Part shown: positions 25,751-41,400 of the stretch, in pieces | Layout: the number at the start of each line of letters is the position of its first letter | Position numbering within the stretch: position 1 is the first letter of the stretch | From: Tubulanus polymorphus | Lineage: Eukaryota > Animalia > Nemertea | Direction: 5' to 3' | Assembly: GCF_964204645.1 (NCBI RefSeq) | Contig: NC_134030.1 | Span: forward strand, 6,366,778-6,430,777 | DNA: 64,000 nt | Notes under the pieces: generated by a model | Database searches by the model: none | The model's input: only the letters and a program-made list of their open reading frames with translations | What the model was told of the DNA's origin: nothing | Program-made: the position numbers and the translations under genes

Positions 25751-27446
25751 CGCAACAAATGCGATTTCGGACGCTCAACATTGGCGAGTGCAACGACGCA
25801 CTTCATACCGCTTCCCGCGACATGCACCGTTCTTATTTATATCACGATACAGAGACCAACCGGGAAAGCTTATCGAAATATATTTTTTACATTTATGACA
25901 TTACACGGGAGTGTCCCGTGCGCGCATATATTCGATCTAATAATGGAAATCATGTCGTAATAATTGCAGAACCTAAATGGCTTCCCGGCCAGGTAATCAA
26001 TTCTAAACGAGTTGCGATCGGTGCGTTCAAACAGCGCCCACAAACATCCATGATCGAATAATTAAAAAAAACTAGTGTGTCGCATATGGTAAAACAGTAC
26101 GTAACGAGTTCTGGATGCGGCCGTAAACGCGCGCGGAACGAGGAATTTGCGATCCACACTTTCTGGACAGTTTTATATCGTAAACTTTCTTCACGCGTCA
26201 TTGATCAACGTATCGATATTTTCATGGCCTTTCATCGGTTTTTCTGTCGTCGGAAAAGCAGTTTATCGTCCGGATCACGGAACCATAAACTTATCTCCGT
26301 GCATGGATTAACAGTAGGTTTTGCACACAAGAACCCGAATCGCGGAGCTGTGTGGATCATTCCGATTGAAAATCTCAACTCATGAATAAATACAATCCAG
26401 GATTTATTGACGTTTAATGGTAATGATGGATAAAATGGTTGCCGAACCGTTACCCTCTGTTAAGGCTACACATAATCCATAACACAGAGTTGATGATATT
26501 AACTTTCGGACTAGCCAGTCTGGAATTGGGCTTGTCAACTATACATTGTTGAATTCACGATATTACAGTGGAAAAAACGAGTTAATCTCTGGGTTACTAA
26601 ACATTCAGTCACCTTATGGATTTACCGCGAAACATAATATCCGCAATAAAGTTCGCTCTTCTGACAGTTTACTCAAGAAGAAAGTCCATTGAGAATAAAT
26701 CTATATTTCTTAAATTCCAGGTGCTGTGCCACGCTAACAGTTCTTTGTCTTTGATAGATAGTCTAAAAAAATAGAACCGAGCGTTGATCGCCTCCCGGAA
26801 GAGCTCCGGTAGGAATACTCCGCTCATTCGAGGTTCATTGAATCCAGTGGCAGTGACGGAGTTTCTCTTAAATTTAGATTTGGATTTATGTACGTCATTC
26901 TATATTCATCTATTCTTTTTATCAGTTCGTTGGCAGACGCATTATGGAGGGGTTAATTTCCCTGATTATGAACTAACTGGCCCATAATTCAGCCAACGCG
27001 TCATCGACTTAACAGAAAGATAAGACTCATTACGCCCACTAATTACAAGATTATTCTTCCAGTTGAACATTACGTGAACTTTGTAAACTGATCAACCGGT
27101 TACACGTAATAATATGTATCTATATGTATATATGGATAATTGTACATTATTCCCGACGCAGCTAATATTTTCGCTAATCTGTTAACCTAGTTAGAATTAA
27201 TAGCTAATGAATATATAGCTTTAATATTTGAGTTATACAATCAGCGCTCTAACGAGCAACGTAATAAGGATTCTGTATCCTCGACTCGAGATACCCTTTC
27301 CAACGTGTAGAAAATCTGGTGTTTTCACGTGCTCTTGACTTAACACTTAAAGACAAGTGCTACTTATTGACTGAAACACGACTATGGCAGTGGTTGACGT
27401 GTATGTTTTTACACTGGGAATCGAAAACGAATTAAAAGGTTCTTAC

Positions 27447-27512
27447 CTTAACTCGATCGCGTGTTTCTCGTACCCGATTCTAGCGTCCAATCACAAATGA
27501 AACAAAACGCAT
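27447..27512 (-). other. Candidate non-coding exon (66 nt)
   Basis: It has a strong acceptor ATTTCATTTCAG| and a strong donor AAG|GTAAGA. All three frames contain stops. Confidence 0.3.
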
Positions 27513-28567
27513 CTGAAATGAAATTTTAATGATTGTATTACAAAATGTGTTGTTTCAACTTTAATGGCGTTACAGATATAGACAGCTGTGCTTATAGCAC
27601 ATCTGTGGCAGGTGTAAATGTCAAGTCCCTGGAACTGCGTTTGACGTGAAAATACGACTCGACTGCATGTAGACATACACACCTCAAAAGTGTAATGTGA
27701 ATGATGCCCGCTTGATTAATTTATCAGTAGAAGCGGATGGGCGGCGTCATGTTGCATACGGCCGTAATTTCTAAAAAAACGTCATGGGTCGAAATGCCTT
27801 CGATCGAGTCGCGTTAGGTCGCAGGTGTCGACCTAAGCAAACTACCGTCCGTCTTTTTCTATTCTTCCAGAAAGAAAAAAGATCATTTCGATCAATAATT
27901 CCAACGCTCTGTTCGAATACTAAAATAACCTAGTTATTTCGACGAACAGATATTTTTGTCGGTTACGAATCGGGAAAAGTTCACGTCACGGATCTCTAGA
28001 GATACGGGCTTAGTAGAATGTATTTGAAATTAGTTGCGATAGTTATTTTCTTTCATTAGCTTTTCACTTCGGGGATTCAAGAATCTCACATCGTACTCTC
28101 AGCGTCTCAACGACAGTCATCGATTCATTAATGATGGTGAACGTTGAGATTGTGGAACGATGCGTCATTCAACGTACACACACTCACAACGCATATCGAG
28201 CGGAAACTAAGAAAAACAAACACAAGAATTGAGTGTTGAAACGTTAAGAGTTGTACGGGCGAATGACACCGTTTCTCCATTATGGTGTCGCAGATCGAAC
28301 TAACAGCGTAGAATCAAATGAAATGCTGAATTAGCGTTGGTCAAATGTGACATTGCAGCCATGCCATCGGTGCCATGTTACGCAGAAAGATCGTTGAGAA
28401 TATTTTTGCTATCACTATTTGCGTATCAATGCATCGCAAATGGAATCGGGCTATAACGTGGGGCTGCCATTCGGTTCTTTCGCTATTTTCTTAAACACAA
28501 TTCGAGGCGATTTGGCTATTGGTTATCGCGTGTATGAACGAACGTATTCCAACTATATTTATTTACT

Positions 28568-28768
<201 letters not shown>

Positions 28769-31700
28769 CAACGCAACGAAACTCAATATAGCTCAAGGAG
28801 TTAATCCACGCTCTAGAAATTTAGCCAATCTTTAAAAAAACACCCGCTTAGAAAACATCGCCGCTGGTCGACTGCTTAATAAATCACGTTTCTCCGAAAT
28901 TGGCTCGGCTCGGCTGAGACGGACTTACGACGACGATAAAGACGGTAAATTTAGTTTCGTAAGCCATCGCCAGCCGTAATATCGTGAAAGGGATGAAAGA
29001 ACACCGGACGCTTCTGAACATCGGAACATGTGTCATCCTATTACTCGTTCCATAAACATGTATCAGCTAAGGAGGATTGCCGACGGCATTTATTTGACAC
29101 TCAGTTCTGTACATCGAAAAAGAACATCGGCTTCGACGTTAAGTCGTTTTCCGTTTGCATCCGGACGTGATTTCAAATTTCACCTTTTCATTCTAAATCC
29201 GTACGAGATCTGAAAGGAAATACCTCGAACTCGGAAGCACGAACAAGTTCAGAACAAGGAATCGAATGCCTCGATAAATATTTACAAAATCATCCTGCAC
29301 GAAGAAAGCAACATCGATGAAAAAAGTTGTGCAATGAACCATTTTACAGTTGCTAGCCGCCATTTTGTTAGGGTACTTTTATCTTGTATTGTTGGGTCAT
29401 TTTTCTCCTTTTTAAAAACTATTTGTGATGCGTGTTTTATCACATCTCATCTGTCCCTGGATGGATTTTGACAGTTTTTGCAACATTTAAACCGTGTGAA
29501 TCTCTTTACAAATAAAAATGTCAATGCCTTACGAGATGAAGATACATATGTCGTGTGCGCGTGGGGATAGGTTCCTCTTTGGTAACATACCATTTAGATT
29601 ATGATAAGCAAGTGCCTGGATACAAGAGAAAATGAGACGAAAAAATTGATATATTGTCTGACAATATCGCCATTGTACTGATGCAGTCACGTCCGAAATT
29701 GCACGACCGAGGTAAATAATGTCTGGGCTGGTGTGCCTGTTGGGAAATAAAATCAAAATACGTTGTGTCCCTTCAGACAGATTACTGTCGACTCTCTTCA
29801 TCACTGGTTCGATATGAGAAATATTCGGTTAGTTCCCAGATGGAAATGGACAACTAATTACACCGTTCTCTGTCCCAGAAACCTTACAATTATTTTTGCC
29901 AAGAATGCTAGCGCACCTAGTGGATCCTCGCTTGCCACAAGTGGAATCTTCGATCGCGGCAGCAGTGTTGTCTGGTATTCATTACCCCGCATTTTGTGTT
30001 ATACTGCTTTTCGAAATAAACTAATTTGCACCTTGATTCCTCACAGAAATATGCTGGCAAATACGCTGGTGCTTATCGGTATCCCCGAGTCAAACCCTCA
30101 ATCGCAAACTGATGAATACGTCTCACCTGTAGTTGGTATTCGATCATACCTGAAATGAAGGGCTTTTTATTTTCCATTCTGTCGTAACGAGACGTCAAGT
30201 CACCGTTCACAGAAGCTTAATAAGACGCGATGACGACAAATTTTCTACTGATCATTCGATCCGCGTGAGTTTTTTTCCGGCGACTACATCGTCTTTTTAC
30301 GTCGATGAGGTACGAAACAAGGCGAATAACATACACGATGTCGGTTTTTTGTCTCGGCGAAATGTTTCAGAAAATCAATATCGTTGGCGTCTGGTCTGCG
30401 ATTTGTGCTTTGGGGGTAAATCAAACCGAAATCAAAGCGTGGCATTTAAAAACTAGTTGTTTTCCATCGAGTTAAACGAATACGTGTACACGTAATTTGT
30501 CCTTTCGCAGCCCACGACACCATATACCCATCTACATGGACAATAGCTTGTAGATGTACAGGTTAAAGATTTTTTGCATCGACCCGATCGAATCATACAT
30601 TGATGGAGGAGAATTCCCACATCTGAATCGTTAACGGGATACATATGTACACTATTTAAGATATACACATGTCTGACTTGATAAACTTACATCTCGGCTC
30701 TCGTCTGTGACTTAATTAGACGTAGAGTCTCAGAAAAACTCATTACATCAAACAGCAACGCGCATTTCTATATACGACAAGAGCTGTTCTTCGGTTGTTG
30801 GTTGACATTTAGAGGCACACATAATATATTGTTATATAATATCTTGTAATATAATAATTTTTCATAGGCTTTTCCTTTATAGAAAAAAAGTTAGATTTCC
30901 ATCTTTTGCCGGCGTTCCGAAAAGGCGGCGTCTTTCTCCCTACGAAAGCGTGGTTATATATCGGCGACGGAGAGCCTACATAATGCGATACTTCGATACG
31001 GATAGATTGCACCCTTTAGGGATACGCTTGCATTAGATAACATCTCTGGCAAAATAATAACAAAAGCAAAGGGGAAATTAGTGATGGTAATGTGAGCTTT
31101 AAGCAGACAACGGGAACGCCGCCAGTTGGGTATTCACCATAGACACATCTTACAATTCATATGCCTTCATATACATCATTTTCCACGTCGATATTTGTAC
31201 GTATTAGAAAAAAGCGTCCAAGCAGAAGAAATTCGAACAGCGACAGGTGTTTTCAGTTTCAAAATATTGAAAATGACTTCTCGCATTACCCCGTTCACCT
31301 AAATCAAGTGTTTTTATGTACATATTTCTATGCATTTTCATACGGCTTCAAACACATGACATATCCAATAAAACGAGGCTATATGAAGAATAACAGATAT
31401 TCTGTAATCAATCCCTTTCAATTGAGCCGAACGTAAGAACCGTCCGGTAAATACTCACGACATCTATAGCAAAAGTTTGTGTTAAAAATACTGTCATTTT
31501 TAGATGTATCCTGCTGATTGTTGTTGTCTTCTCCTATGAAGTCATCGAGATTAGATTTTAGCAAAGCTTTATTTTTTTCTAGTATGCTTTCTAGATATTT
31601 TGATCGATAGAGGCGTGCATACTTTTTTCAATAGCGACTCCTTTATCATTGTCGTGTACCAAGCCCTCTCCATCGTCCATTGTAAGAAGCCGAAAATGGC

Positions 31701-32387
31701 TCAACAATCTCAAAAAAGCTCAACAATCCATATGAAAATAAGTTTTAACTAGCGATTTTGCGTTTTCCAGTACCGTGGAGAAAGGTCAGTAAATGCCAGT
31801 GTGAGTGACTGTATGTCACTGACATTAGAGAGAGTCATCTAAAAAATACCTTGTTCAAATAATCGGTTACTTGCTAAAGAGTTCTAGCGCTGAAAATGAT
31901 GTTCGCTGATGGCGAAACAAAAAAACATTCCCAGCCTATTTCTAATGAACGACTCAATGCAATTGTATTTCTGTTTGATATCGTTTCAGGGATCGACAAA
32001 AACCCTAAACCTGTCGCGATAATGAAAAAAAAATACCTTAGCAAACATTCGCCGGTTATCAGGAAGGGATCCCGTAGATTTAAAAAAAAAAACAAATACA
32101 CTCATTTTGATATTTGGAGCAAACAAATTCAAGAACGTTTATTTTTTTCAAATAAGTTACGGTTATATAACTGAAATAGGCGATCGTTACGGCTATCAGT
32201 TTGAACATGTAGTCAGTATAGTTCTCCTACCTTTACCTTGATTGCATTGTCGTTTACGGTAACAAATCGTTTCTAACGATTAATCCCTCTAAATGTCAAC
32301 CACGTTATACACGAACGGTTTAAAATAATTCTCCATTGTATTCACTAAGAAGCTCGATGCACGTTATAGCTTCAGGATGGGAACTGA

Positions 32388-32439
32388 CTTCCTCGGAGCT
32401 TGGAGTAATTCAGTCTGATTACTCCAAGCTCGGAGCAAG
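32388..32439. other. Near-perfect 22-bp-stem hairpin
   Basis: CTTCCTCGGAGCTTGGAGTAAT-TCAGTCTG-ATTACTCCAAGCTCGGAGCAAG has a 14-bp perfect core and is 20/22 paired overall. Confidence 0.7.
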
Positions 32440-35400
32440 CCTTCCAAATGCGGGATATAATATTACGTAATCTCTAGGCAACAATTTTTTTCCCGGCGCC
32501 GAGACCCGAACTCGCCGCATGCGCGCTGTGATTGTAAATCATAATCGCTTAGGTCTTTAAAATTTGAAGCCGAATACAAATAACTAGATCTTGATTGAAA
32601 CAGCGATATCCATTGTAATCAAAACTCATAATCGACTTCAATGACGAGAAATTCATCTTTTGATCTTCCGTATAATAAGACATGTAAATCTATGGAATTA
32701 CACAGAATTTTTCACAGACGCCGGTGCTTTGACATTAATGACAATTTTCTTTTTCAGAGCCAGAGGTATTCCATAACTTTCGTCGCCTGCAGCCAACAAA
32801 AGAAATAGGTTTCCCGTCGGAGCTCAGACTACCGACACAGCGCACGCGCGCCATTTTAAACAGTCAATAAATTGGCAAATGCAACAAAGACTGAAAATAG
32901 CCTCGACATTAAAGCCAGAATATACATGCATTCGGTGTCGGTTATCAAGGATAAAATGTCAAAGATTAGGTTCAAGAACATCAAAGTCAATTTGATCTGG
33001 CATAAATGCACCCTGTCCATTATTCACTAAAAAGAAGCTCGCGAAGGCGTTTGCAGAGCTGGTAGTTTCTTTATAAACCGTGAAGTCAATAAAGCAATCA
33101 CAATGAACCTCTTAGTGCAAATGTAACTGCTTTATTTCACGGTTACTTTTTATCTATATGGTAATTCCTTTTTGATTAAAATGTGAGAAAAAACCCGCAG
33201 CGTCAGCTAAATTTCGATATTTGATGTGATTATGTGTCTATAGTTCCTTTTCGTGCGGGGAATACTGCAACTTATTCCTGATGTGAAAATGGAGTTCGTA
33301 ATATCTACACGCGTAGTGGACGACAGTCTTGTTACTTCTTCAAATAACGTATTTTTTGAGCTTATCGATATTTCGATACAAACACCTCGCAAAATGTCAT
33401 CGACTGTTTACATTTTAAAAGCGAGACGAGCTCTTTGAAGATGGAACTTCGTCGCCTAGAGCCCAAACAACGATTGATGGCATCGGCATATTAAAACTAA
33501 CTTGGTGCGTTCCATCTTTCGAGGTGCTGTAGGCGCTGCAGGCAATCACGCCATCGCAATCAAATTGATTAGATCGAATTTTTTTCAGAAGCAAATTTCA
33601 TCGTTACAAAAAAGAAATCATATGCTACGTTTTTGTTGTGGTTCATCGTTTCTTTCAATTCCTTGCGAAATAATTGTCTATATCGACGGATCAGACGCCT
33701 TAAACAACTTAAGGTGAAACTAGGCTTCCAGTCGACATAGAAAACATGGTTTCCCCCTTTCCAGAATAAGCAGGGCTCATTTTGTAATATTATCTACTAA
33801 CAACGCATACATGATCGACAAAGGCGGCATCTACTTGCCCTTGAATCAAGAAAGCTGCACCTTTTTCTTCTTCTCCAAGACTTCACTTTTTGTGTACGCC
33901 TTCGCAACACACGACAAGTTATTACATTATAGATTTCCCGAGGGTCCTTACAGTAAAAGGGGGATGAGCATTTCATTCGGATACAGTTATAAGTCTATTC
34001 GCTCGCCTCAAATCGCCTTGATAAGATCTCTATCAATATATATATATATTTTAACGAGCACATTCTACTTGAATATCTGCACCTTCCCTTTTAAGTCCTT
34101 GTAAAAATCTAGCCGAGGGATGTCGTGGAAAATGATCCCAGTATCTTTATAATTCATAAGACATTAGAATAGCGCTGTTATTCGTATTTGTCAATTCTAT
34201 TTCTATCTTTACATCACTGGGATAGGGTAACACTTGGTATTTAGATCTATCTTCAGTTTGCCAACTAAACGTGGTCGCTAAAATGATTTATTTCGACCGT
34301 GTTTATGTTTATGAACTCCGTTATCGACGTTTCATACTTTGCAACAGGAGCTAACGGTATATATTATTACACTAATGACCTTTACGACTCTGTATGAAGC
34401 TTATCGGAGTATCTGCAATGGTCGAGATTGACTGAACCAAAAAAAAACTTGCGGGTAACTGATCCCTTTAAGCTGATCAGTGTCGATAATATTCTGTCTA
34501 TCGATCGCCAACGACGTTATACACCATATAAACAAAAGGATGATGGGCGGTGGATATAGACAAGAGAACCGACCGAGATGTCTGCAGAGTTTTATACGGA
34601 TATATTGTTCAAAAATCGATGCGTTTTTCCTCTTAGAAAGAAAGGAACTAATGGTAACAACATATAGAGATTGATTTAATGACGGGGACTGATATGCAAA
34701 TGAAAGTAACATAGTTAATCGGGCATATCTAAAGTAATGCATCTAAAGCTACTGTTTAAAAAAAGAACGTTGAACGAATTGGGGAGGGTGAAAAGTTTTC
34801 TAAACGAATTTCGGAAATCGAAACGAAGCAAATGAATATTGATGCGCTGATAAATACTTTACGTAAAGCGGAACGTCGAATGAAAGTAAATTAATATTGA
34901 AGATTGATAATAACTTCGTCATCGCGAGGCAAGCAAAATGCGAAGACGGATTCTACCGCAAATTTTCGGTGTGTGGTAGATTGACGATGCTTTAAAATCA
35001 AGTCAATTCAGTCGGTGGCGGTGCCATGATATGCCGTGTCTGCTTTTTCACAGTTGAGTTGATTTACCCTGGAGGGAAAAGTTCTCGCTACGTTTCTTTA
35101 ATTGGTAATAATAGCATTTGCGGGTTGAGCTAAATAGGTACGATTCGCCGGTTGTTTTGTTGCGTGGTGAACTACTCTGGGGAACAAGAACCAGCTCGTA
35201 AATGGATATTGATGCGAGGCGATTTCCTCGGAATTCAGGCGCCGACCGGACGCGCTGTGGAAAAATACGGTCCGGACTATTTACCACGAAGCATCAAAGC
35301 AATCATCTGTGAAAAAAGCGGTCGGCTATAGACTTTATGACCGAGGCTGCTATGCGATACAGCAACACGGTTTTCAACGTGAAATTGCCTAAATTTGATT

Positions 35401-38400
35401 TGCAGTCACAATCTTCAAACATTTCTCGCTCATGACGCATCTCCTCGATGTCGACTGATAGGTAATTGTATCGCGTTTACCCGCGTATATTGGTAGTTTC
35501 GCAGTATCATATTCCATATTAGTCGTTGTGTGGTCATATATTAGCGTCAAAACCAGGAAACGCTTCCTCTGAGGTATCGCTATACTTCAAAGTAAAATTC
35601 AAACCATCATATAAATTACAATCTGCGGCAAAACCCGGCACCGTTCCCCAATCTCTCCTCGATGCGATGGTTGGAATTTTTCACCACACATTATAGATTT
35701 AATATTTCGCTACCCAATCTCAATAGCTTCATCGAGAAAGAGAGAGAGTGATATTTTTAAGATCGGAAAAGTGGATCTCAGATTACCGTCGTGCAGACAT
35801 CGGATTTTTGGAGCTAATCCGTGTGTGCGCATTCGAAGATTGCTGTGGTTCTCATAAAAAGTATTAAACTGCATCAAATGTCGTATCACCCCATTTTTCA
35901 ATTTTTAAGGAAATTATCTGTGCACACGCAAACATACGCTGCGGATGTTTGCGTGCTGAAAATCACATCGAGCCATAAACGCATTAAGTGTAGATCAGGG
36001 GAATACATTAGAACGCGGTGAACTTGAATTTAAATGGATTTACGAATCTGAAGGAAAATTAAAAAGCACTGATTCTACAATAATTGGTTGGTATCGATTG
36101 GTAGAATCAAACTGAAACGAAAGAAAAGGAATGAACATCGTGTTCATTGAATTCTTGTTTCGATGTATCGAATTGCATTTCAATGATATCGATAGCATTG
36201 TTTTTTCCATACTCGGGTAGATTACGGGCAACGTTGTATGTAACTGATGATAGAATATTTCAAAATCGATGAAAGTTCAATTACAGCCCGGCATACAAAG
36301 CACTGGTATACGTATACCTTTTAAAGGTCACGGTATTCGAATGAATATACTTTGCGAAACAAGACGCTCTCTTTCTGAAGACAAATAAGACTTTAAAAAA
36401 ATCAACTTCAAAAAGGCTTCAACTGTTTCCTGAAATATATTCCAGTCCAAGGTGTCTGTTTTCACGTTCCGTTGATGAAATTTTTCTTTCAAAGGTGCAA
36501 CAATTTGTAATTTGTTTGTACACTAGAAATCTCGCCTGGGGAAATTATGTAATTACAGCACGGTGTGGATAGAAATTCGCTTCGGCATTCCAGAAGGTTC
36601 CCGATTTTAGCCACTCGCGTGCATTAAATCATAACCTCAGGTGATATAATAATGAAGACGAGAGCTGCCCTAGAATCAGCCTGCCGCGTGCTCGAGGTGT
36701 CCAAATTTAATCCAGACTAGCCACCTGTGTACGTCGCATACAGACGCCCTTGGTGACGCCCTCGAATCGGCCTTGACATGTTTTAGCTAACTTGCACGTG
36801 ACGTCACAAGCATCAATTTGAGACCCAACTTTGAAGAAAACAGTCAGTCAAACAATAATCTTGAAGACTATTCTTAAAATTATAATTTTAAAATCATCAG
36901 ATCTGGTACGTACAGTAGACCTGCAGTGTGGGCGACAGTTTCCGCCAACGTTATGTTCGTCAAATAGAAAATATTTTTAGTTGCCAGACCATAAAATAAT
37001 TTGAGTTGGTATATCATTGGCTGATCGTCAGACAGCAAATTCATGACGTTGTTTTTCAAATGATCCCTACGCGTAATTTCAGCATGAACTGAGATTGAAT
37101 CATTTGCCTACCAAATAAACGCTTCGAAACGCGCAGAAAATAATATGATTGAGAGCAATTCTAAATATATTTCCGTTCTGATTTATCGCAAATTAAATCC
37201 GCCAGCGTATTTGATCAAGCCAACGCGACAGACTTTTCATTTATTATTTTCTGTCGATGGGTTTTGACGTGATTTTCATGGCGAGTGAGAGAAAGAGAGA
37301 CTGCAGAGCGCGAACGGATCGTCGTACGTAGCCTGCGGTAGAACGAGCTGAAACCACCATTGGAATCTAATAATCCATAATATGTTTCCACGGATTCAGA
37401 ATTGGTGACATGCTGAACGATAGATATACATGTACCATCAATTTCAAGATTGAAATTGGTTTGAATAAATAAGGACCGTATCTGTGCGTGCGCGTGTGTG
37501 TGTAGTGATGGCAAGGTAAAAGCGATTCAATTATTACCTATATCTCCTCGCCCATACGCTCCCACCACAATTCTAATTTATATCCAAACTCCGAAGAGAC
37601 AGTGAATTGCTAGTTGCCCGCCTCTCTCATCAGGAAGCGTATCGATGATACGTACGTGAGTTCTCGAATAACGTGGTAATCGACCGTGTATTTATATGTC
37701 GTACTCGGAAACAGTTAGATTGTTATATAAGATACGAGATGAATTTCGCATTTGATGATCGAAAATCTTCCGGAGTTGACGCGAATATAATAACAGCGGT
37801 AGAGATATTCTTAGTCGGTCGTGGCGACTTTGGACCGACAGGAAATAAGACTTAATAACCAGATGAAAATTCCGCACAGCATATCGATCGCCGAAGCGTG
37901 TTACCTCATCGCATCTTTCATGATGTAATTTCGCGAGATTCACCTTTTGTTAAAAGATGATATTTCGAAATTCATCCGAGAATTCGATTCCTGCGTAAAA
38001 ACTTACGTAATTCAGATAACTTCAGGCAATTCATTCACGCTATAACTCATTAATTTTGTTCTTCCGCCAAATAAAATGATATCGATATCACGAGCCCTGT
38101 AATTATTACTTTCGGGACATTTGTTATCAAATAATGCGACAAGCGTTGACGGTTTGATTCAGCCGTTGATAGATTATCAATTTTTGAAATGTTGCAATAT
38201 TTCGATTTGTCATATGGGTGGATCAAAAATATCTAGCGGGAATCGGAACCCGGTGGGCATAGATAATTAATCGTATTATATTGAAATTACTTTTTCTACG
38301 TTGCTTACTCTGCTGTATAAAGTATCCTTTGATTCGCGTAAAATGGCGTTCAAAAAGAAATTCCACGTCTTCAAAGAAAACGATTTTAAACGGCAAATAA

Positions 38401-41400
38401 TGATTAAGTATTTTTCAAAGGAATGAGCTCGCACGCATCTTCTTTGATGATCTATAGGTTTTTCATTCGGAAGAAATGGATCAACATAATATCCTATTTT
38501 TCGTGCAAGCGAACTCGTGATTAATATATTACATTTCAAAGTACGAGTTATGGAAGCACGATGCCCATCGTCTGTACGATCTATCACAACGGTTTCCGGT
38601 GACGATAAAACCTATATATAATATCAGTGACTCAACACGTCGCATCCATCGTAAGATGCTAAACTATCAGAGGACGACATTAATGTCGTCGACAAAGCAT
38701 TCTCTAATAATACCACGTCTGAACGTTAATGAATTTTGACATTTGTCTCCATCCGTGTCTGCCCATTGAGCATCGGATAGCTTATACAAGTTTATAGAAG
38801 CTGAGACATTTACGTGTAAGTGTATTGTGTTACTTGCTCAGATAGTACAAGTACTGGACTTGTTATAGATAAGATAAATACCTAAAGCAGATGAGATGTC
38901 AGCGAGTCATCGTACTTAGGCTTTATATCGTTCGGCGTCGCTTTGACTGAAGTGCACGAAATGTACAGATATAACTGTAGCAGCGGCAGCGCTTTGAGAA
39001 ACGATGTCAAAGCAATTTGTCACTGGGCATCTTCTCTCCCGATACAAATTGACTGCGACAACGGGGAAAACTGTGCCTGATCGTCAACTGACGGGATTGA
39101 CAAATAATTCATAACTGCACACGCGATAATCAGCAACAGAGTCTTCAATTGTGCACAGCATTATTAATTATTAAACTGATTCCGCCGTGCGATGGAATCG
39201 ATTTTCCGCTTTGTAATTGAAAGTTCAAAATAATTTCCAAACTGATGGCTTGATTGAAATAATTTCGTGTAAAATGGCGTCCGATTCGCGCGATGGATCA
39301 TTTCTAGGTAGAACATCTGCATCGTATTTACAGGAATAGAGAGCCGTTATTCAGAGTGATAAAACGATGTGCAAGTTTTGAGCCTTTTGCTATTGTGGAA
39401 AATGAAAACTATTGCCTGATTAGTCTACGATATAGAATTAGAATGAATCGTATATGGAAAATACAGCGAAAACCAAATTATTTGTTGTCTCTTCGTCGAC
39501 ATATACTCACTACCATATAGATTCATTCAAGTAGCCTTTTTTTCAATCTTCGAACAAGACCGAAACCAATTTGGCATCAGTAGGAAAAGCAATTCGTCTC
39601 AGAAAAGCTAAGTAGTTTTGCCACTTTTGTCGTACGACTGGTAGATAATTGTCGACGGGCATATGGCTAAGTAGTGGCAGTTATCGCTTGTCTATGGCTG
39701 AGATTAACGCCGAAACAGTGGCCCGTTAATGTGCCGACACTGGAGTTTGGACATGAATACAGATGTGTTAGTGTCAACGGTTGATATATGTCTGCCAAGT
39801 CACACATAAATCACTGAGAGAAATTAGTGGGAACTACCGCATTGACCACTACAACACCGGTACATTATTCTAAGTTGAAAACTCGAAGCAGATCATGCGC
39901 ATCTTGATTATATTTTCAACTAGATATTTACAGATACCATGGATTTTAAGGGAAATAAAGTGAAAATGAATTTAATGACGCATACAATCGAAACTATATG
40001 ATTGGTTATACAAATATAATGGAAGGAAAGATATTTGTACTATGCAAATACCAGTCCTGAAACGTGTATTTCATGCAGATATTGACATATTCCCCGTTTC
40101 GAAACATTAAATAAAATGCCGTTTTCCCAGTGAAAACCATACATCACGCGCAGTCCAATCTTCAACAGCAAACTGTTGATAAAACAATTTATTAACCATG
40201 TAAATAGATGTAGTGAAAAGGTGGTAGTCCTTAACGGCAATATGCGCCGCCTTCGGTCAACAACAACCAACGCCGATCTCGTTTTCTTCGATTGTAAACT
40301 GTAGACATATACAGACAGCCATTTCTCGCATCTGTTATCGTTCGATCATCACAAACCAACGTTCAAAACTCACTCGCGATTGAACCGCGGAGAATGGGAT
40401 AACGAATTTGATAAATCATTAACATCGATGTATTTACGAGCGTAAACCGATAAATTAAGAGTTCAAAAGTGGATATGGCTGAGCAGAACTGCCCATACAT
40501 TGCTAATGTTCGTTTTCTCGGTTTTTATATTCAATTTCTTGGCGTTCATACCACCAAATTCTAACGCATCAACTAAATAGATAAAAATTTCGATCGCAAG
40601 TTCGATAAGGGGCCTGTCCTGGCGCTGGCGGAAGAACACGTTACATGGCAGTCATCACTCTGGCGTAATACTGCGACGAAACGAAAAAGAAATAGACGGA
40701 AAGATTTTTTCAATGCTCGTTATACGTCGTTGTTTTTCACCAGTCGACCGGGAATGACGCAACTCGCGTCGTCTTCGCTCAATACGTAAAAAACCCCAAC
40801 AAAAACAATTGCAGCGCATACCCGGAAAGTGATCAGCGATATGTAAACTCTCTCGGCAGGCTCATCACCGTCATTTGTCTGTCATCCTCAATTTGAACAC
40901 GAGACACACCCATCATTAACTAAATTGGCATAAACGAGACGTGTTCCAGCCGTTTGTGTCAATCACTACGCTCAGAAGAGTAAATGTCACTTCAGAAACT
41001 GGAAAAGTCAAACGTTCGACTTTTCAGAAAGTCTATAAAAAATCTTCATAATGATTCGTTCATATAAGCCGTGCCTCGTGCGACATCTAAAAGTCGGTGA
41101 CATTTAGTTTTACGATAAATTTACGATAAACTATGACTATCGATTAATAAGATATAGTTGGTAGAAATACGAACACATTTATAGTATACATGGATAGATA
41201 TTCAATTTATAAATGTCATGTTTTAGTGTTTCGTCGTAAAATGTCACAGGCCGTGTCGAAACATTCATCATGAATGTTTTGAAATCGACATTGTAAATAT
41301 CATCTCCATGATTTCAATGTTGAACACTAAAAAAACAAACATTTACGGTTATTTGTCGACATGGGGGGATATGAGACATCCGATCGATTTGTTATTCGCA

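Noticed and set aside
35066-35081. 16-mer ACCCTGGAGGGAAAAG repeated at 57800-57815
   Set aside because: About one such match is expected by chance in 64 kb, and the flanks are unrelated.
38673-38690. Perfect 18-bp palindrome GACGACATTAATGTCGTC
   Set aside because: This is near chance expectation for the window size, with no supporting context.
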